A stretch of DNA of 64,000 nucleotides. Source: Candidatus Zixiibacteriota bacterium (GTDB taxonomy: Bacteria; Zixibacteria; MSB-5A5; UBA10806; 4484-95). The notes beneath the pieces are model-generated. The model saw only the letters and a program-made list of their open reading frames with translations, was not told where the DNA came from and searched no databases. This document shows, piece after piece, positions 37,978 through 48,409 of this stretch (position 1 is its first letter; each line of letters starts with the position of its first letter). Position numbers and translations under genes: made by a program. The DNA lies in NCBI GenBank assembly GCA_037441845.1, contig JBBIRK010000001.1:96001-160000 (forward strand), written 5' to 3'.

Positions 37978-38982
37978 TCAATTGGACTTCTTGAACGGGG
38001 TCACGAAAATCGATTCATACATCGAATCAGAGACCTTATAAACGAAGGGATTCCCGGAGACGGCGGCATAGCGCGTTTTCTGCAGCGTATCCGCCATGGC
38101 CCCGAACGAAATTTCGACCGATCCCCAGTTCGCGACAGTCAACACGGCCCTGGCGGCGGGTTTTTCCAGGCCGGCCGCACGCAGACTGTCTCCGGAGGTC
38201 AAATCGATAGCCCTCATATTCGTAAGGCGATTCAAAATGTTGGAAATTTCGCTTTCCTCGAGTTTTTTGCCGAGGCCCGATTCGATCTGTTTCCAACTGA
38301 ATTTGGGCGGCGCGGCGGTATCCTCCACCGCGAGCTTTTCTTTCATGAATCGATCGGTTTTCCCCTTTACCACTAGGTCGAAAGCTATAACGCTGTCGAG
38401 CGGAAAATCGAACATTTTCAACTCGATCCAGCGATTGACCTGAATCTTCCGCCAGGGCTCGGCGTTCCACATGGCGAACCTGGAAATGAAATTCTCATCG
38501 GCTTTATACACGGTATCGGATCCCGCCCGCCGTATGAAACTGCTGCGGGGCGCATCGGGGATTCCTTTACCGGCCAGAAAATGAAGCACCACCGAGGAAT
38601 CTTGTTTCATCAATTTCAGATGCAGAGCCTCGCTATCGGCAAGCCCGAAATCGCCCAGTAACGAGGGATTCGTCGAGCGCACTTCACCGCGCAGATTTTT
38701 CGCATCGATCATGATTTTTTCGATATCGGTCTTCTTCCCAGGGGCATCATGATACGAAGTGACGATCCAACCGGTATCTTTCCGAGCGAAAGCGATTCCC
38801 GAATCCGGATATTGCTCTTTGTAAACGCTGATCAGCGACACGTCCGACGGCTCGAATCCCGGAAACAGCTTCACCATGGTCTCTGCGATCGTCTTTTTCC
38901 CCGGGCTCAGCTGCTGAATGATGTAGATCACCACCAAGATTCCCAAGACGACAAGTAAAATTGCGAAATTCTTCTTTTTCAT
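37978..38982 (-). CDS. DUF4340 domain protein
   Basis: N-terminal TM anchor, two repeats containing FGL/AGL..P; downstream of a GldG-like gene. Confidence 0.75.
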   Translation of the reverse strand: MKKKNFAILLVVLGILVVIYIIQQLSPGKKTIAETMVKLFPGFEPSDVSLISVYKEQYPDSGIAFARKDTGWIVTSYHDAPGKKTDIEKIMIDAKNLRGEVRSTNPSLLGDFGLADSEALHLKLMKQDSSVVLHFLAGKGIPDAPRSSFIRRAGSDTVYKADENFISRFAMWNAEPWRKIQVNRWIELKMFDFPLDSVIAFDLVVKGKTDRFMKEKLAVEDTAAPPKFSWKQIESGLGKKLEESEISNILNRLTNMRAIDLTSGDSLRAAGLEKPAARAVLTVANWGSVEISFGAMADTLQKTRYAAVSGNPFVYKVSDSMYESIFVTPFKKSN

Positions 38983-38992
38983 CGCTTCCTCC

Positions 38993-41431
38993 TCAAGCCG
39001 ATTGCTCGAGCAGCCTCTGATAAATTTCCCGCCGTTGACGCCGCATCATGAAACGAACAATCCCGACGGCGATTAAAATGACGGGAACCAACCCGACTAC
39101 GACAAAACGCCAAAACATCTTGGTGGCGGCCGAAGTCTCTTTGATGAAGCGCTGCGTGATCATCTTCGAACGCACATTGATAAGATCCTCTCCGAGAGTC
39201 AAAGCGTCCACGGTGTTCAGCATCAGCAAAGCGTTACCGAATGCCCCGATTACGTTATCCGCGAACATCTCGCCGCAGCCGTAGATTGCCACCTTAGCCG
39301 GCTTTTGGGTCACAGGCGGCGCGGTGACTGCGGCCGAAGTATCACCGGGCCATTGCGGCACAGCCTTGCCGGAGGTTACATCGGGGAACTGCCCGGTCAA
39401 CAGCATTCCGAGAGGCTGAGGGCCTATGAGCTCGTGTTTTTTCGGGTCGATATCCTCTCCGCTGATAAAACCGCCGGAGAACGGGACCGTCCAGGTTTTG
39501 GGGGAAGAGTTAAGCAGCGTTTCCGCCTTGAGTCCGATCTGCTCGATTTTACCTTTATCCGGTTTCAATGCGGTGCCCCAGAGATATAACAACCCCGCGG
39601 TTCTGTTGGTAATCGATAGATTTTGATTCATGGAGTTATCGGTGACTTTAACCTGAATCGGCAGTTTCACCGGCGTTTCCACCATTGCGCTCAGGAAACC
39701 GCCGAACGTCTGCCGCACCGGAATCGAGAGAACCTCATGGCTTTCGTCCATCAAAATATCTTCGCTGACCACCACTCCGTAATTTTCCAGCAAGCTGTTG
39801 ATGCCTGAGCGATTAGGCTCGGCCATGACCTGAATTCCCATTCCCCCTTGAGGCATATAGTTGAATTTATAATTTTGGATAGCGAAAACGGCGTTTTTTC
39901 CCGAGGCGATCGCTCGGCTGATCTCGTATTTCGCCCTATCTGACAGCGATCTCGGGGACACCACCAGCAACAGGTCATAATCCGAAGGCAACGGGTCATC
40001 TTTGGTCAATTCGCAACGAATCACCTCGTAGTTTTCATTGCTAAGAATCTGGTTGATCGTCTTGAATCTATCTTCCCTATCCGGCACCTGCTGCCCCATC
40101 TGCATCATCCACTGACGCATTCTCGGATCTTGTTGAGATATATCGAAAGGCGCCACCAAAACCACTCTCGGTTTTCGGTCCATAGTCATCCGGAAAATGC
40201 GGGCGAGTATTTCGTATTCGAGGCTGGACAGGTTTTGCGGAATCACCTGCGGAATTACTTCCTCGGCTTTATCAAGATAGGAAATGGCGATGGCCGAATA
40301 TATCCGTTTTATATTGAAGGCATCTTTTTCCACCGATCGGGTATCGAACGGATTAATCCCCTTGCTCTGCAGAGTCCCGGCCATATCCACGTCCGTCGTC
40401 GGGTCGATCACCTCGTAGCGGAACATTTTCGAGGCCACCTCGAACTCGCGCAGCAGATCGGTGACATCCTGCTCGATAGTCTTCATGGCCGCCGGCATTT
40501 TTTCCTTGGGCGAAACGTAATAGCGGACCGTTATCGGAGCATCTTTCAATTTTTTCAATATGTTGCGGGCCGCCGGACTGATGGTATATATGTTTCCCTC
40601 GGTAAGGTCGAACCGACCCAACCTTATGTTGCTGACCACCAGATTAAGCATCAGTACCACCACCAACCCCATCAAGGCATTGACTGCGAATCGCTTGTCC
40701 GCCAATCGGCGCATGACCTGCTCCACGGTTACCGAATTGAGCCAAAGGAAGAGCAGCATGTATGATAGGAAGTAAATTACATCGCGAAGATCGAGCACGC
40801 CGCGTTCTATCGAGGAAAAATGATTGGCCGTCCCCAGCGATTTCATCAACAAGGTTCCTAATCCACTTATCCAACCGTCGATTATCACCGCGATATAATC
40901 GGTCCCGAGCATGTAGAAAAGGAAACAGGCAACCATGGATAGTATGAAGGCTATTATCTGGTCTTTGAACAAGGCCGAGATAAAAATGCCAATCGCCAGA
41001 TAGAAAGCACCTATCAACGCGGCACCGAAATAGCCGCCTATAATCGGCCCCGGGTCCGGATCGCCCAGAAACATGATCATGATCGGGATGACCAGAGTGC
41101 CGGCCAAAGCCAACAGATAAAATACATAGCTTGCCAAATACTTCCCGGCCACGAGCTCGGCAGGCTTGATCGGGAACGAGTGTAAGAGGGCGATCGTCCC
41201 CCCCCGCGAATCCTCGGCCCATAATCTCATGGCAACCGCGGGAATAAATACGATGAGGGTTATCGGTAATAGGGCGAAAAAACCCCGCATGTCGGCGCTG
41301 CCGGCAAGAAAAAAGGAGGTCATGAACAGGCCGCTGTTCACCGCCAGAAATACCACGATAAATATGTAAGCAATCGGGGCGTTGAAATAAGCGGCGAATT
41401 CCCTACGATAGATCGTTTTGATATTTCTCAT
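38993..41431 (-). CDS. Fused GldF-like ABC permease and GldG-like periplasmic domain
   Basis: REFAAYFNAPIAY, P..AMRLWAE, GKYL, then RFDLTEGNIYTIS; ATG 41431 overlaps the upstream stop. Confidence 0.85.
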   Translation of the reverse strand: MRNIKTIYRREFAAYFNAPIAYIFIVVFLAVNSGLFMTSFFLAGSADMRGFFALLPITLIVFIPAVAMRLWAEDSRGGTIALLHSFPIKPAELVAGKYLASYVFYLLALAGTLVIPIMIMFLGDPDPGPIIGGYFGAALIGAFYLAIGIFISALFKDQIIAFILSMVACFLFYMLGTDYIAVIIDGWISGLGTLLMKSLGTANHFSSIERGVLDLRDVIYFLSYMLLFLWLNSVTVEQVMRRLADKRFAVNALMGLVVVLMLNLVVSNIRLGRFDLTEGNIYTISPAARNILKKLKDAPITVRYYVSPKEKMPAAMKTIEQDVTDLLREFEVASKMFRYEVIDPTTDVDMAGTLQSKGINPFDTRSVEKDAFNIKRIYSAIAISYLDKAEEVIPQVIPQNLSSLEYEILARIFRMTMDRKPRVVLVAPFDISQQDPRMRQWMMQMGQQVPDREDRFKTINQILSNENYEVIRCELTKDDPLPSDYDLLLVVSPRSLSDRAKYEISRAIASGKNAVFAIQNYKFNYMPQGGMGIQVMAEPNRSGINSLLENYGVVVSEDILMDESHEVLSIPVRQTFGGFLSAMVETPVKLPIQVKVTDNSMNQNLSITNRTAGLLYLWGTALKPDKGKIEQIGLKAETLLNSSPKTWTVPFSGGFISGEDIDPKKHELIGPQPLGMLLTGQFPDVTSGKAVPQWPGDTSAAVTAPPVTQKPAKVAIYGCGEMFADNVIGAFGNALLMLNTVDALTLGEDLINVRSKMITQRFIKETSAATKMFWRFVVVGLVPVILIAVGIVRFMMRRQRREIYQRLLEQSA

Positions 41432-42372
41432 TTGGCCTTCTTCTCCCTCGTCAACTGAATAAATGCCTGCTCGAGGCTCGGGCGGCTCGGGGCGAATTCC
41501 CGCACCAACCAACCCTTGCGCCTGATGAATTCGGCCGATTCAGACCAGAGTCTATCCGGCTCCGGAGCGGTGATATAATACCTTGCGAAACCATCTGATT
41601 CGGAAACGAAATTGAAATGCAGAGCGCTTTCGCTTCCGGCAAATGCCTGCTCGATTTCCTGACGCGGAGCCTTCATTTCGAGGAAATAGCCGGGCTCGCC
41701 GCTGGCCATATTGCGAAGCTGGTCCGGGGTGCCTTCGGCGATGATCCTCCCTTCATCGATAATCACAATCCGATCGGATATCGCCTCTACTTCTTGAAGG
41801 ATATGAGTCGAGAAAATAATGGTCTTGCTCGCCGACAGATCCTTGATCAACTTCCGGATGCTGATAATCTGTAAGGGATCGAGGCCGGAAGTGGGTTCAT
41901 CGAGAATCAAGACTTCTGGGTCGTGGATCAACGCCTGGGCCAGGCCCACCCGCTGCCTGTATCCGCGCGAAAGATCGCCGATAGGTTTGCGATATACCTC
42001 TTTCACCTGGCAGGCATTGACAACCCAATCGATCCGGTTTTTCAGACCGCCGTTTTCGAGGCCGCGCCCTCTGCCGACGAACTCGAGATACTCGGCCACT
42101 TCCATATCGGCATAAAGCGGGGCCGTCTCGGGCAGATAGCCTACTTTCCGCCTTACCGCGATAGGATTCTCAAGAACATCGATGCCGCAGACAATCGCCG
42201 TTCCGGCCGTTGGAACCATCTGAGTGGTGATGATTTTCATGCAAGTGGTCTTGCCCGCACCGTTAGGTCCCAGCAATCCCATCACTTGATTATCGGCGGC
42301 GATAAATGAGGCATCGATAAGAGCCCGCGTCGTCCCGTAATTCATGCATAGGCTTTTAGCTTCTACCATCAA
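41428..42372 (-). CDS. GldA-like ABC transporter ATP-binding protein
   Basis: GPNGAGKTT, GYLPE, LSRGYRQRVGLAQA, LDEPTSGLDP. Confidence 0.92.
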   Translation of the reverse strand: MMVEAKSLCMNYGTTRALIDASFIAADNQVMGLLGPNGAGKTTCMKIITTQMVPTAGTAIVCGIDVLENPIAVRRKVGYLPETAPLYADMEVAEYLEFVGRGRGLENGGLKNRIDWVVNACQVKEVYRKPIGDLSRGYRQRVGLAQALIHDPEVLILDEPTSGLDPLQIISIRKLIKDLSASKTIIFSTHILQEVEAISDRIVIIDEGRIIAEGTPDQLRNMASGEPGYFLEMKAPRQEIEQAFAGSESALHFNFVSESDGFARYYITAPEPDRLWSESAEFIRRKGWLVREFAPSRPSLEQAFIQLTREKKAK

Positions 42373-42443
42373 ATGCTCCTTTTATATAAAACTAAAATTT
42401 CCATTCAAGCCGCCTTCATCCGAATTTTTGATTATACAAAAAT

Positions 42444-42472
42444 ATTTTAATTATGTTCTATCCTTTTGGCAA
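42444..42472 (-). promoter_or_regulatory. Putative sigma70 promoter of the ABC operon
   Basis: TTGCCA-N17-TAAAAT on the minus strand. Confidence 0.45.
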
Positions 42473-42540
42473 CAATTTCGAAATTCGATCATCTCCCGAC
42501 ATGGCCATGCGGCGGTAAAGCACCTTTACCTCAATAGACC

Positions 42541-42569
42541 TTGACCGAAAGGCGACCGGCGGATATTTT
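42541..42569 (+). promoter_or_regulatory. Putative sigma70 promoter giving a leaderless wzi-like mRNA
   Basis: TTGACC-N17-TATTTT, 6 nt before ATG 42576, no SD. Confidence 0.45.
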
Positions 42570-42575
42570 AGCGTA

Positions 42576-44090
42576 ATGATTTCAAGAGGATCGATAGCGG
42601 CCGCCCTCATATTATTGTGCTCATTCACGGCGGCTGGTCAGACATTGTCGCCACAGCAAATGCTTGATCCTCTTGACCCGAGGCTGCCATCGCCGGCATA
42701 CGAACTCTGGGCCAGAACCAGAACAACTAAAACTATCCGTTATGATTTCGAGCGGTACCGTAGAGGGTTTTTCCGAAATTTCGTCTTGGACAGCCTGACT
42801 TCGAAATTGATCATGTCCCCCGAACGCTATCCGATTAAAATAGACAATAACGATTTCCGATTCTGGATCGGGTTCCGCCTGAGCGAAAACTGGCTGGGTT
42901 TCAAGGAAAACCGAGACGATTTCAGCAGTCTGCAATCATCGGTATCCATAAGCGGCAATGCGAACATCAAGAACAAGGTCGATTTCTACGAAGACATCAC
43001 GTTATATCGCGAAGACAACACCCTGAATATCGATCGGGCGTCTCAGACCGGCGAATTTCTGCGCGATCCGCTGACATCGTATCCTGCATATTGGCCTGAT
43101 CCGCTCGAGGGAGGGCCGCTGGATTTCGATATAGCCGCGGATCGTGCGGTGATTGCCTTGAACCTGTATGGAGTCGACATAACGACCGGTCACGAACGGA
43201 TAATCCAAAAACCCGGTTATCGCAACGGATTGTTGTTTTCGGGACTGGCCCGACCGATAGATCTGTTTTATAAATTTGATTATCGTTTTTGGAAAATTTC
43301 CCTGACATCATTCGCCGGACAGCTCAGCGGGGAAAATAAAAAATATATTGCCGGGAAACGGGTGACTATCGCGATTCTGCGGAATTTGAGCATAGGTTTG
43401 GCGGAGGCGGTCTCTTATTTCGATGATCCGACGGCCTATATCAATCCGATAATGCCGGTTTTCGTAAGCCAAAGGCAAAGGCCGAACAATGACGATAATC
43501 TGCTCGCCGCGGTGGATATCAGCTATCGGCCGACGCAGGATATTCAACTTTACGCTGAATTCTTGAATGATGATTTCATGTATCTCGAAAACGAAGATAG
43601 AGGACCGTCGAAATATGCCTTTTTAGCTGGGGTCGCGCGTAACAATTTGATAATCGACCGCCTCGATCTACGGATCGAGTATTGTCGGGCAAGCAAATGG
43701 ACATACACTCACGTATCGAGAGTAAACTCTTGGAGCCATGCCGGGCAACCGCTTGGATTTTGGTTGGGTCCGGATGCCGACGAGCTGTTTTGCCAATTGA
43801 GCTGGATCGCCGGTTCCTCATCTTTGTTCCGGATCGCTTTCGATCGGGTGCGTAAAGGAGAAGGAACGCTCGATTTACCGTATGAAATCGAAGGCGGCGA
43901 TAAGTCGCCGAAATTCCCATCGGGCATAGTGGAAAAGTCCAACGGAGTTTGGGTTGATATCAATGAAATAATCGGCAGATTTTCGGTGGCTGCGAGAACC
44001 GGGTTCCGTCAAATAAAAAATTCCAACAACACAGACGGTAGAGCAGTCGAAAACCCTTTTATACATATTATCGTAAGTGCGGATATGTAA
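42576..44090 (+). CDS. Capsule assembly Wzi-family outer-membrane protein
   Basis: Signal peptide; IGLAEAV, NP, DN, YAEFL.DD, EY......YTH, PLG..LGPDA. Confidence 0.7.
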   Translation: MISRGSIAAALILLCSFTAAGQTLSPQQMLDPLDPRLPSPAYELWARTRTTKTIRYDFERYRRGFFRNFVLDSLTSKLIMSPERYPIKIDNNDFRFWIGFRLSENWLGFKENRDDFSSLQSSVSISGNANIKNKVDFYEDITLYREDNTLNIDRASQTGEFLRDPLTSYPAYWPDPLEGGPLDFDIAADRAVIALNLYGVDITTGHERIIQKPGYRNGLLFSGLARPIDLFYKFDYRFWKISLTSFAGQLSGENKKYIAGKRVTIAILRNLSIGLAEAVSYFDDPTAYINPIMPVFVSQRQRPNNDDNLLAAVDISYRPTQDIQLYAEFLNDDFMYLENEDRGPSKYAFLAGVARNNLIIDRLDLRIEYCRASKWTYTHVSRVNSWSHAGQPLGFWLGPDADELFCQLSWIAGSSSLFRIAFDRVRKGEGTLDLPYEIEGGDKSPKFPSGIVEKSNGVWVDINEIIGRFSVAARTGFRQIKNSNNTDGRAVENPFIHIIVSADM

Positions 44091-44091
44091 A

Positions 44092-45363
44092 GTGAAGATA
44101 TTATCGAAGAATTCCTCAAGAACCGGATTGTGGATTATATTCGCTGCCGCTTTCGTTTTTCGTTTGTTGATTATTTTCATTTTCGCATGGGATCGGGGTC
44201 CGCATTTCGAAAATTATGCGATAGCCAAAAACATAGTCAGTGGCTTCGGTTATTCCTGGGATTGGGACGGCATCTTGAAAGTTCAGCCAACCGCTTTACT
44301 ACCTCCGATTTATACTTACTTTTTGGTAGCCTTTTTGTATCTTTTTGACGAGCCGTCCCGTTGGATTTACATTGCCCAGGCCTTTTTGAATTCTCTCGGG
44401 GTTTTTCCGGCCTTTGGTTTAGGTAGACAATTAAGAAATGAAAGAAATGGCTTTTTGGCGGCGGCACTTTATGCGTTTTTTCCGGAAATCGCCATTTCTC
44501 CCACCAAAATGATTTCCGAGCCTTTATTTATCCCCGGAATATTAATGGGGCTATGGATCTACCGATCCCTTAGCGCCAACAAAGAAAAATATATTGGAGC
44601 GCGACATTTTTTTCTATTCGGCTTATTTTTGGGATTTCTCACATTGATTAAGACAACCGGAACGCTAATATTGGCGGCTTGCTGCATCTGTCTATTATTG
44701 AAAAATAGGTTTTCCGGAGCATCATTGAAGTCGACTGCTTTGATCTTCGTGGGATTTATCCTGGCTATCAGCCCTTGGAGCGTAAGAAACATGGTTGTAT
44801 TGAAGGCACCCGTCGTCTTGGGCTCCAATATGGGATACAATCTCTGGCGAGGAAATCACCCATGGTCGAAAGGAACGGAATATCTGAATCCGAAACAAAC
44901 GAGTGAGGCGGAAATCCCTCTGGAATATAGAAAATATCTTGAGAACAATTATCCGGATAAAGAAACGGAACTGGATTCTTTTTTCGGAAAGGAGGCGTTT
45001 CGTTTCATTAAAGAAAACCCAAAGCGATACGTAAATTTGGTGGCCAAAAGAGCTTTATACTTTATAACCTACGATCCAACCCACCCCTTGACCAGGAATT
45101 TGGCATATCTTGGCGGTTATATATTCGTGGTCATTTTCGGCGTTTGGGGTGGCCTTATCGCCCGAAAATTAAAAACCTTCGACTGCGTATTCATTTTAGG
45201 ACCGTTATTATTTTTCATATTCTATATCCCGATAGTGATGGTGCCGAGATTTCGGATCGTTATGATATTGGTTTTATTGATGCTTTCCTCACTATCCATC
45301 GGGTCGCTTCTCGAAAGAGAAGGATACATAAGGCGTTTGGCGCATAAAGTTGGGATTAAGTGA
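44092..45363 (+). CDS. GT-C fold glycosyltransferase family 39 (ArnT/PMT-like)
   Basis: Y..IAKNI..G.GY, PPIY, SEPLF, PWSVRN, GYNLW.GN; many TM helices. Confidence 0.8.
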   Translation: MKILSKNSSRTGLWIIFAAAFVFRLLIIFIFAWDRGPHFENYAIAKNIVSGFGYSWDWDGILKVQPTALLPPIYTYFLVAFLYLFDEPSRWIYIAQAFLNSLGVFPAFGLGRQLRNERNGFLAAALYAFFPEIAISPTKMISEPLFIPGILMGLWIYRSLSANKEKYIGARHFFLFGLFLGFLTLIKTTGTLILAACCICLLLKNRFSGASLKSTALIFVGFILAISPWSVRNMVVLKAPVVLGSNMGYNLWRGNHPWSKGTEYLNPKQTSEAEIPLEYRKYLENNYPDKETELDSFFGKEAFRFIKENPKRYVNLVAKRALYFITYDPTHPLTRNLAYLGGYIFVVIFGVWGGLIARKLKTFDCVFILGPLLFFIFYIPIVMVPRFRIVMILVLLMLSSLSIGSLLEREGYIRRLAHKVGIK

Positions 45364-45654
45364 ATTTTGCGGCGGACAGGGTTTGAGTCTAATCATGTCG
45401 ACCAAAATCAGCCGAAAGGCAATTATCGCCACGATACCTTGGTGCCGGGATTTCCGGAAGTGGTACCATAATGGAGCGTGCGCAATTACCTTATTATCAG
45501 TTAGTCGGTGTTCCTGAACACCGTGTATGGTTTTAACCTGTGGCATAGAAATTATCCATGGTCTTTAGGAACGACCAGGGTGGATTTCGATAGATCAAGC
45601 GAAGTAGATTGCCCGAATTAACCTAAGCAATAAATTTTACGAAGGAGAAAATAG

Positions 45655-46935
45655 ATGAAATCCGATTCTAAACTCGAATGGTGGAAAAGTCCGCTTCCTC
45701 ATTGCAAGCCGGCGACACGAGTGATTTCGGCCGGTTACGATCCCATATTTTCCGAAATGGCGGCGAAAATGCCTATATATGCCACTTCGACTTTCTTATT
45801 CAAGACCGCAGAAGACGGCGAAAGATTTTTCCGTTTGTTCGCCCATCCCGATGAAAGACATGACGGCGAGATCCCCGGATTGATTTATTCCCGTATGAAC
45901 AACCCCAATATGGAAATCGTCGAGGATAAAATGGTGGTGATGGAGCCCGGTGCCGAAGACGCCGCCGTGCTGCCATCGGGGATGTCGGCCATATCGACCA
46001 CCGTGCTTGCACTCCTTTCACCCGGAGATGTTATACTATATTCGGCGCCGGTATATGGCGGGACCGAGCATCTTTTCGAGGATGTCTTGCCGAGATTCGA
46101 TATAAAGGCCATCCCGATATTCTCCCCGGACATGAACGATTACCGTAAAGCGCTCGACCGTCAAAAAAACGCGGTCGCTCTGATATTCATAGAAACGCCC
46201 AGCAATCCCACTATGGTGCATACCGATGTAGAACAAGTGGTGGCCTTAGCCCAGGAGCATTCAACTCCTGAACGAAAGATATTGACAGCCGTCGACAACA
46301 CTTTCATGGGACCGGTCTTTCAAAGCTTTTTCGGGCAGGGAATCGACTTGAGCATCTATTCGGCGACCAAATTTATCGGAGGCCATTCAGACTTGATCGG
46401 GGGTTTCGTCTTGGGGAAAAAACCGACGATACAGAAAATCAAAGCGTTTCGTTCGGTGATCGGAGCAGCCACCGACCCGTTTTGTTGCTGGTTGATGGCC
46501 CGTTCTCTCGAAACCATTGAAATCAGGATGCATAAAGCGGCCGCCAGCGCCCAAAAAATCGCCGAATTTTTAGCCGGACATCGCGGGGTAGAGAAAGTCG
46601 TTTATCCGGGTCTGCTCAAGCCGAATGATCCGCAATACGCCATATATAAAAGGCAATGTCGCGGAAGCGGCTCGTTGATTTCATTCTATATTAGGGGAGG
46701 CAAAAAAGAGGCTTTCTCGGTGCTCAACAGCGTGGAGATTTGCCGGTTGGCAGTCAGTCTCGGCGGCACAGAATCGTTGATCTCGCATCCCCGGAGAATG
46801 ACCCATTCGGAAGTGCCGGAGGAAATCTGCCGAAAGACCGGAATCACTGATAGCCTGATTCGCCTGTCGGTGGGGATAGAAGATGCGGATGACCTTATCG
46901 GTGACCTTGATCAGGCGTTAAGAAAAATCGCCTGA
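45655..46935 (+). CDS. Cys/Met metabolism PLP enzyme (methionine gamma-lyase / cystathionine gamma-synthase family)
   Basis: YSRMNNP, SGMSAI, YGGT, ETPSNP, VDNTF, SATKFIGGHSD, AVSLGGTESL, RLSVGIE; AAGGAG SD. Confidence 0.92.
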   Translation: MKSDSKLEWWKSPLPHCKPATRVISAGYDPIFSEMAAKMPIYATSTFLFKTAEDGERFFRLFAHPDERHDGEIPGLIYSRMNNPNMEIVEDKMVVMEPGAEDAAVLPSGMSAISTTVLALLSPGDVILYSAPVYGGTEHLFEDVLPRFDIKAIPIFSPDMNDYRKALDRQKNAVALIFIETPSNPTMVHTDVEQVVALAQEHSTPERKILTAVDNTFMGPVFQSFFGQGIDLSIYSATKFIGGHSDLIGGFVLGKKPTIQKIKAFRSVIGAATDPFCCWLMARSLETIEIRMHKAAASAQKIAEFLAGHRGVEKVVYPGLLKPNDPQYAIYKRQCRGSGSLISFYIRGGKKEAFSVLNSVEICRLAVSLGGTESLISHPRRMTHSEVPEEICRKTGITDSLIRLSVGIEDADDLIGDLDQALRKIA

Positions 46936-47036
46936 TCGGGTCGGCGATTAACCTATCGAAAAGATCACTGTATTATTGTTCCTTGTGGATCACCATTAAT
47001 CGCGACGCCGGGTATTTGGGAACTGGATCATTTTTA

Positions 47037-48270
47037 TCAGCTGTGTTCGGTGGAAGTTGTTAAGAATTTGTAACAAACAATGCCCAATATATTATGGCAA
47101 CTTAGAAGTATGGATTCAATGGCAATGAGTAGGAATCCTCTCCAAGATCCGAGGGCATTTTCGGAAAAAGATGAGTCATGCCATAAAAAAGGTTCTATAG
47201 TGGTGATGGCTTTCAAATAAACCAGTGCGCTCATGCTTACGAACAAGTGATGTCTATCCTGAAACATGACATGAATCATGGGCAATAAAGTCATCGACAA
47301 ATAGAACGTATTGGTTTTTTTGCTTAGTATAAAAAAAGGGTTATTGCGGCCACGTAGGCAAACGATCTATCCGTTTTAATTCAATCGGCTTTGGATTGCA
47401 TTCTGGCATACTTGAAAAATAAAAAGACGAAAAAAAACGCAAATGCCACGATTGGTAGAGTCCGCAAGGTTGCGCTCCCTTCGAAATTCGAAATAAAACG
47501 CGATAATAAGAACCAGATATTCCCGCTGGTGAAACTCGAAACCTCGCACTTTACCGGAATCAGTGGATCAAGTCCGAATACGGCGAGTAACGCAAGCATC
47601 AACATCGAAGCGGTAATGGGGACCGCTCTTTTTATAATATTTTTACGCTGGTAATAAACGACAGCCGGCCAATAAAGAATCGCCAAAAACTTGCTGCAAA
47701 GGAAACTCATTCCCACCATTATTCCCGACAGGTGGTTTTTTTCTTTCTCGGCCATAGTGATTCCGGCGATTACCCCCAAGGATATAATCGGGCCGTTAGG
47801 TCCCACTACTCCGATCCAGCAAAAAGAAATCGGGCAGAATACATAGAAAAAGGCTATAGCTCATCTATCAGGCACTTTTGCCTTCCGTACCCATGCCAAA
47901 TAAACAATAACCGCAGCCGCATCGATTATATTCAGCTTGATTACGATGGAGCCGACCGATCGCCAAAAAAGCATTGTAACCGCCAATAGAACTGTGAACA
48001 GGGGTGAATAACTGCTTATGAAATTTCGGTATGGCAATTCCCCGGAAAGTAGTTGTAAGACTTGAGGAAGATAATAGTCGGCGGCATCGGATATTAGCTT
48101 GAAAGACAGCTTGACCGAATAAATCAAAATTGGGGCGATAATCCTAACGCAGTACGCCGAGATTATCAAAGTTCTGAATAATTTATCTTTCCACGGCCGA
48201 TTGCGGACGGCCATAAATACTAATAGACTGCCCAATGCTATGGCAGCACAAAATATAAACCTATAGATGG
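47037..48270 (-). pseudogene. Disrupted GT87/DUF2029-like membrane glycosyltransferase
   Basis: Three consecutive hydrophobic fragments; GELPYRNFISSYSPLF motif; in-frame TGA at 47861 followed by AIAFFYVFCPISF, then a frameshift at a T-run; AT-rich. Confidence 0.55.
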
Positions 48271-48409
48271 CAATTTTCTTTTTCGCTAATCGCTATGTAA
48301 ATCAGAGCAAAGATTTTTCCTTTTACTATCTCGAGTTGCCGGATTAAGGGGCCATCAAATCTTACCGGGAATAATCCGCAGCCAAAATAGGCCAGCCGCC
48401 AAATAAACG

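Noticed and set aside
45364..45600. Canonical SAM-I or lysine riboswitch before the lyase gene
   Set aside because: Only fragments match (TTATC...GATAG, GAAAGG...TCGCC, TGGAGCG); the core consensus is missing, so it is reported only as an unknown structured leader
47861..47863. In-frame TGA as selenocysteine or recoding
   Set aside because: Frameshifts follow, the position is not a redox motif, and TGA serves as a normal stop throughout the window
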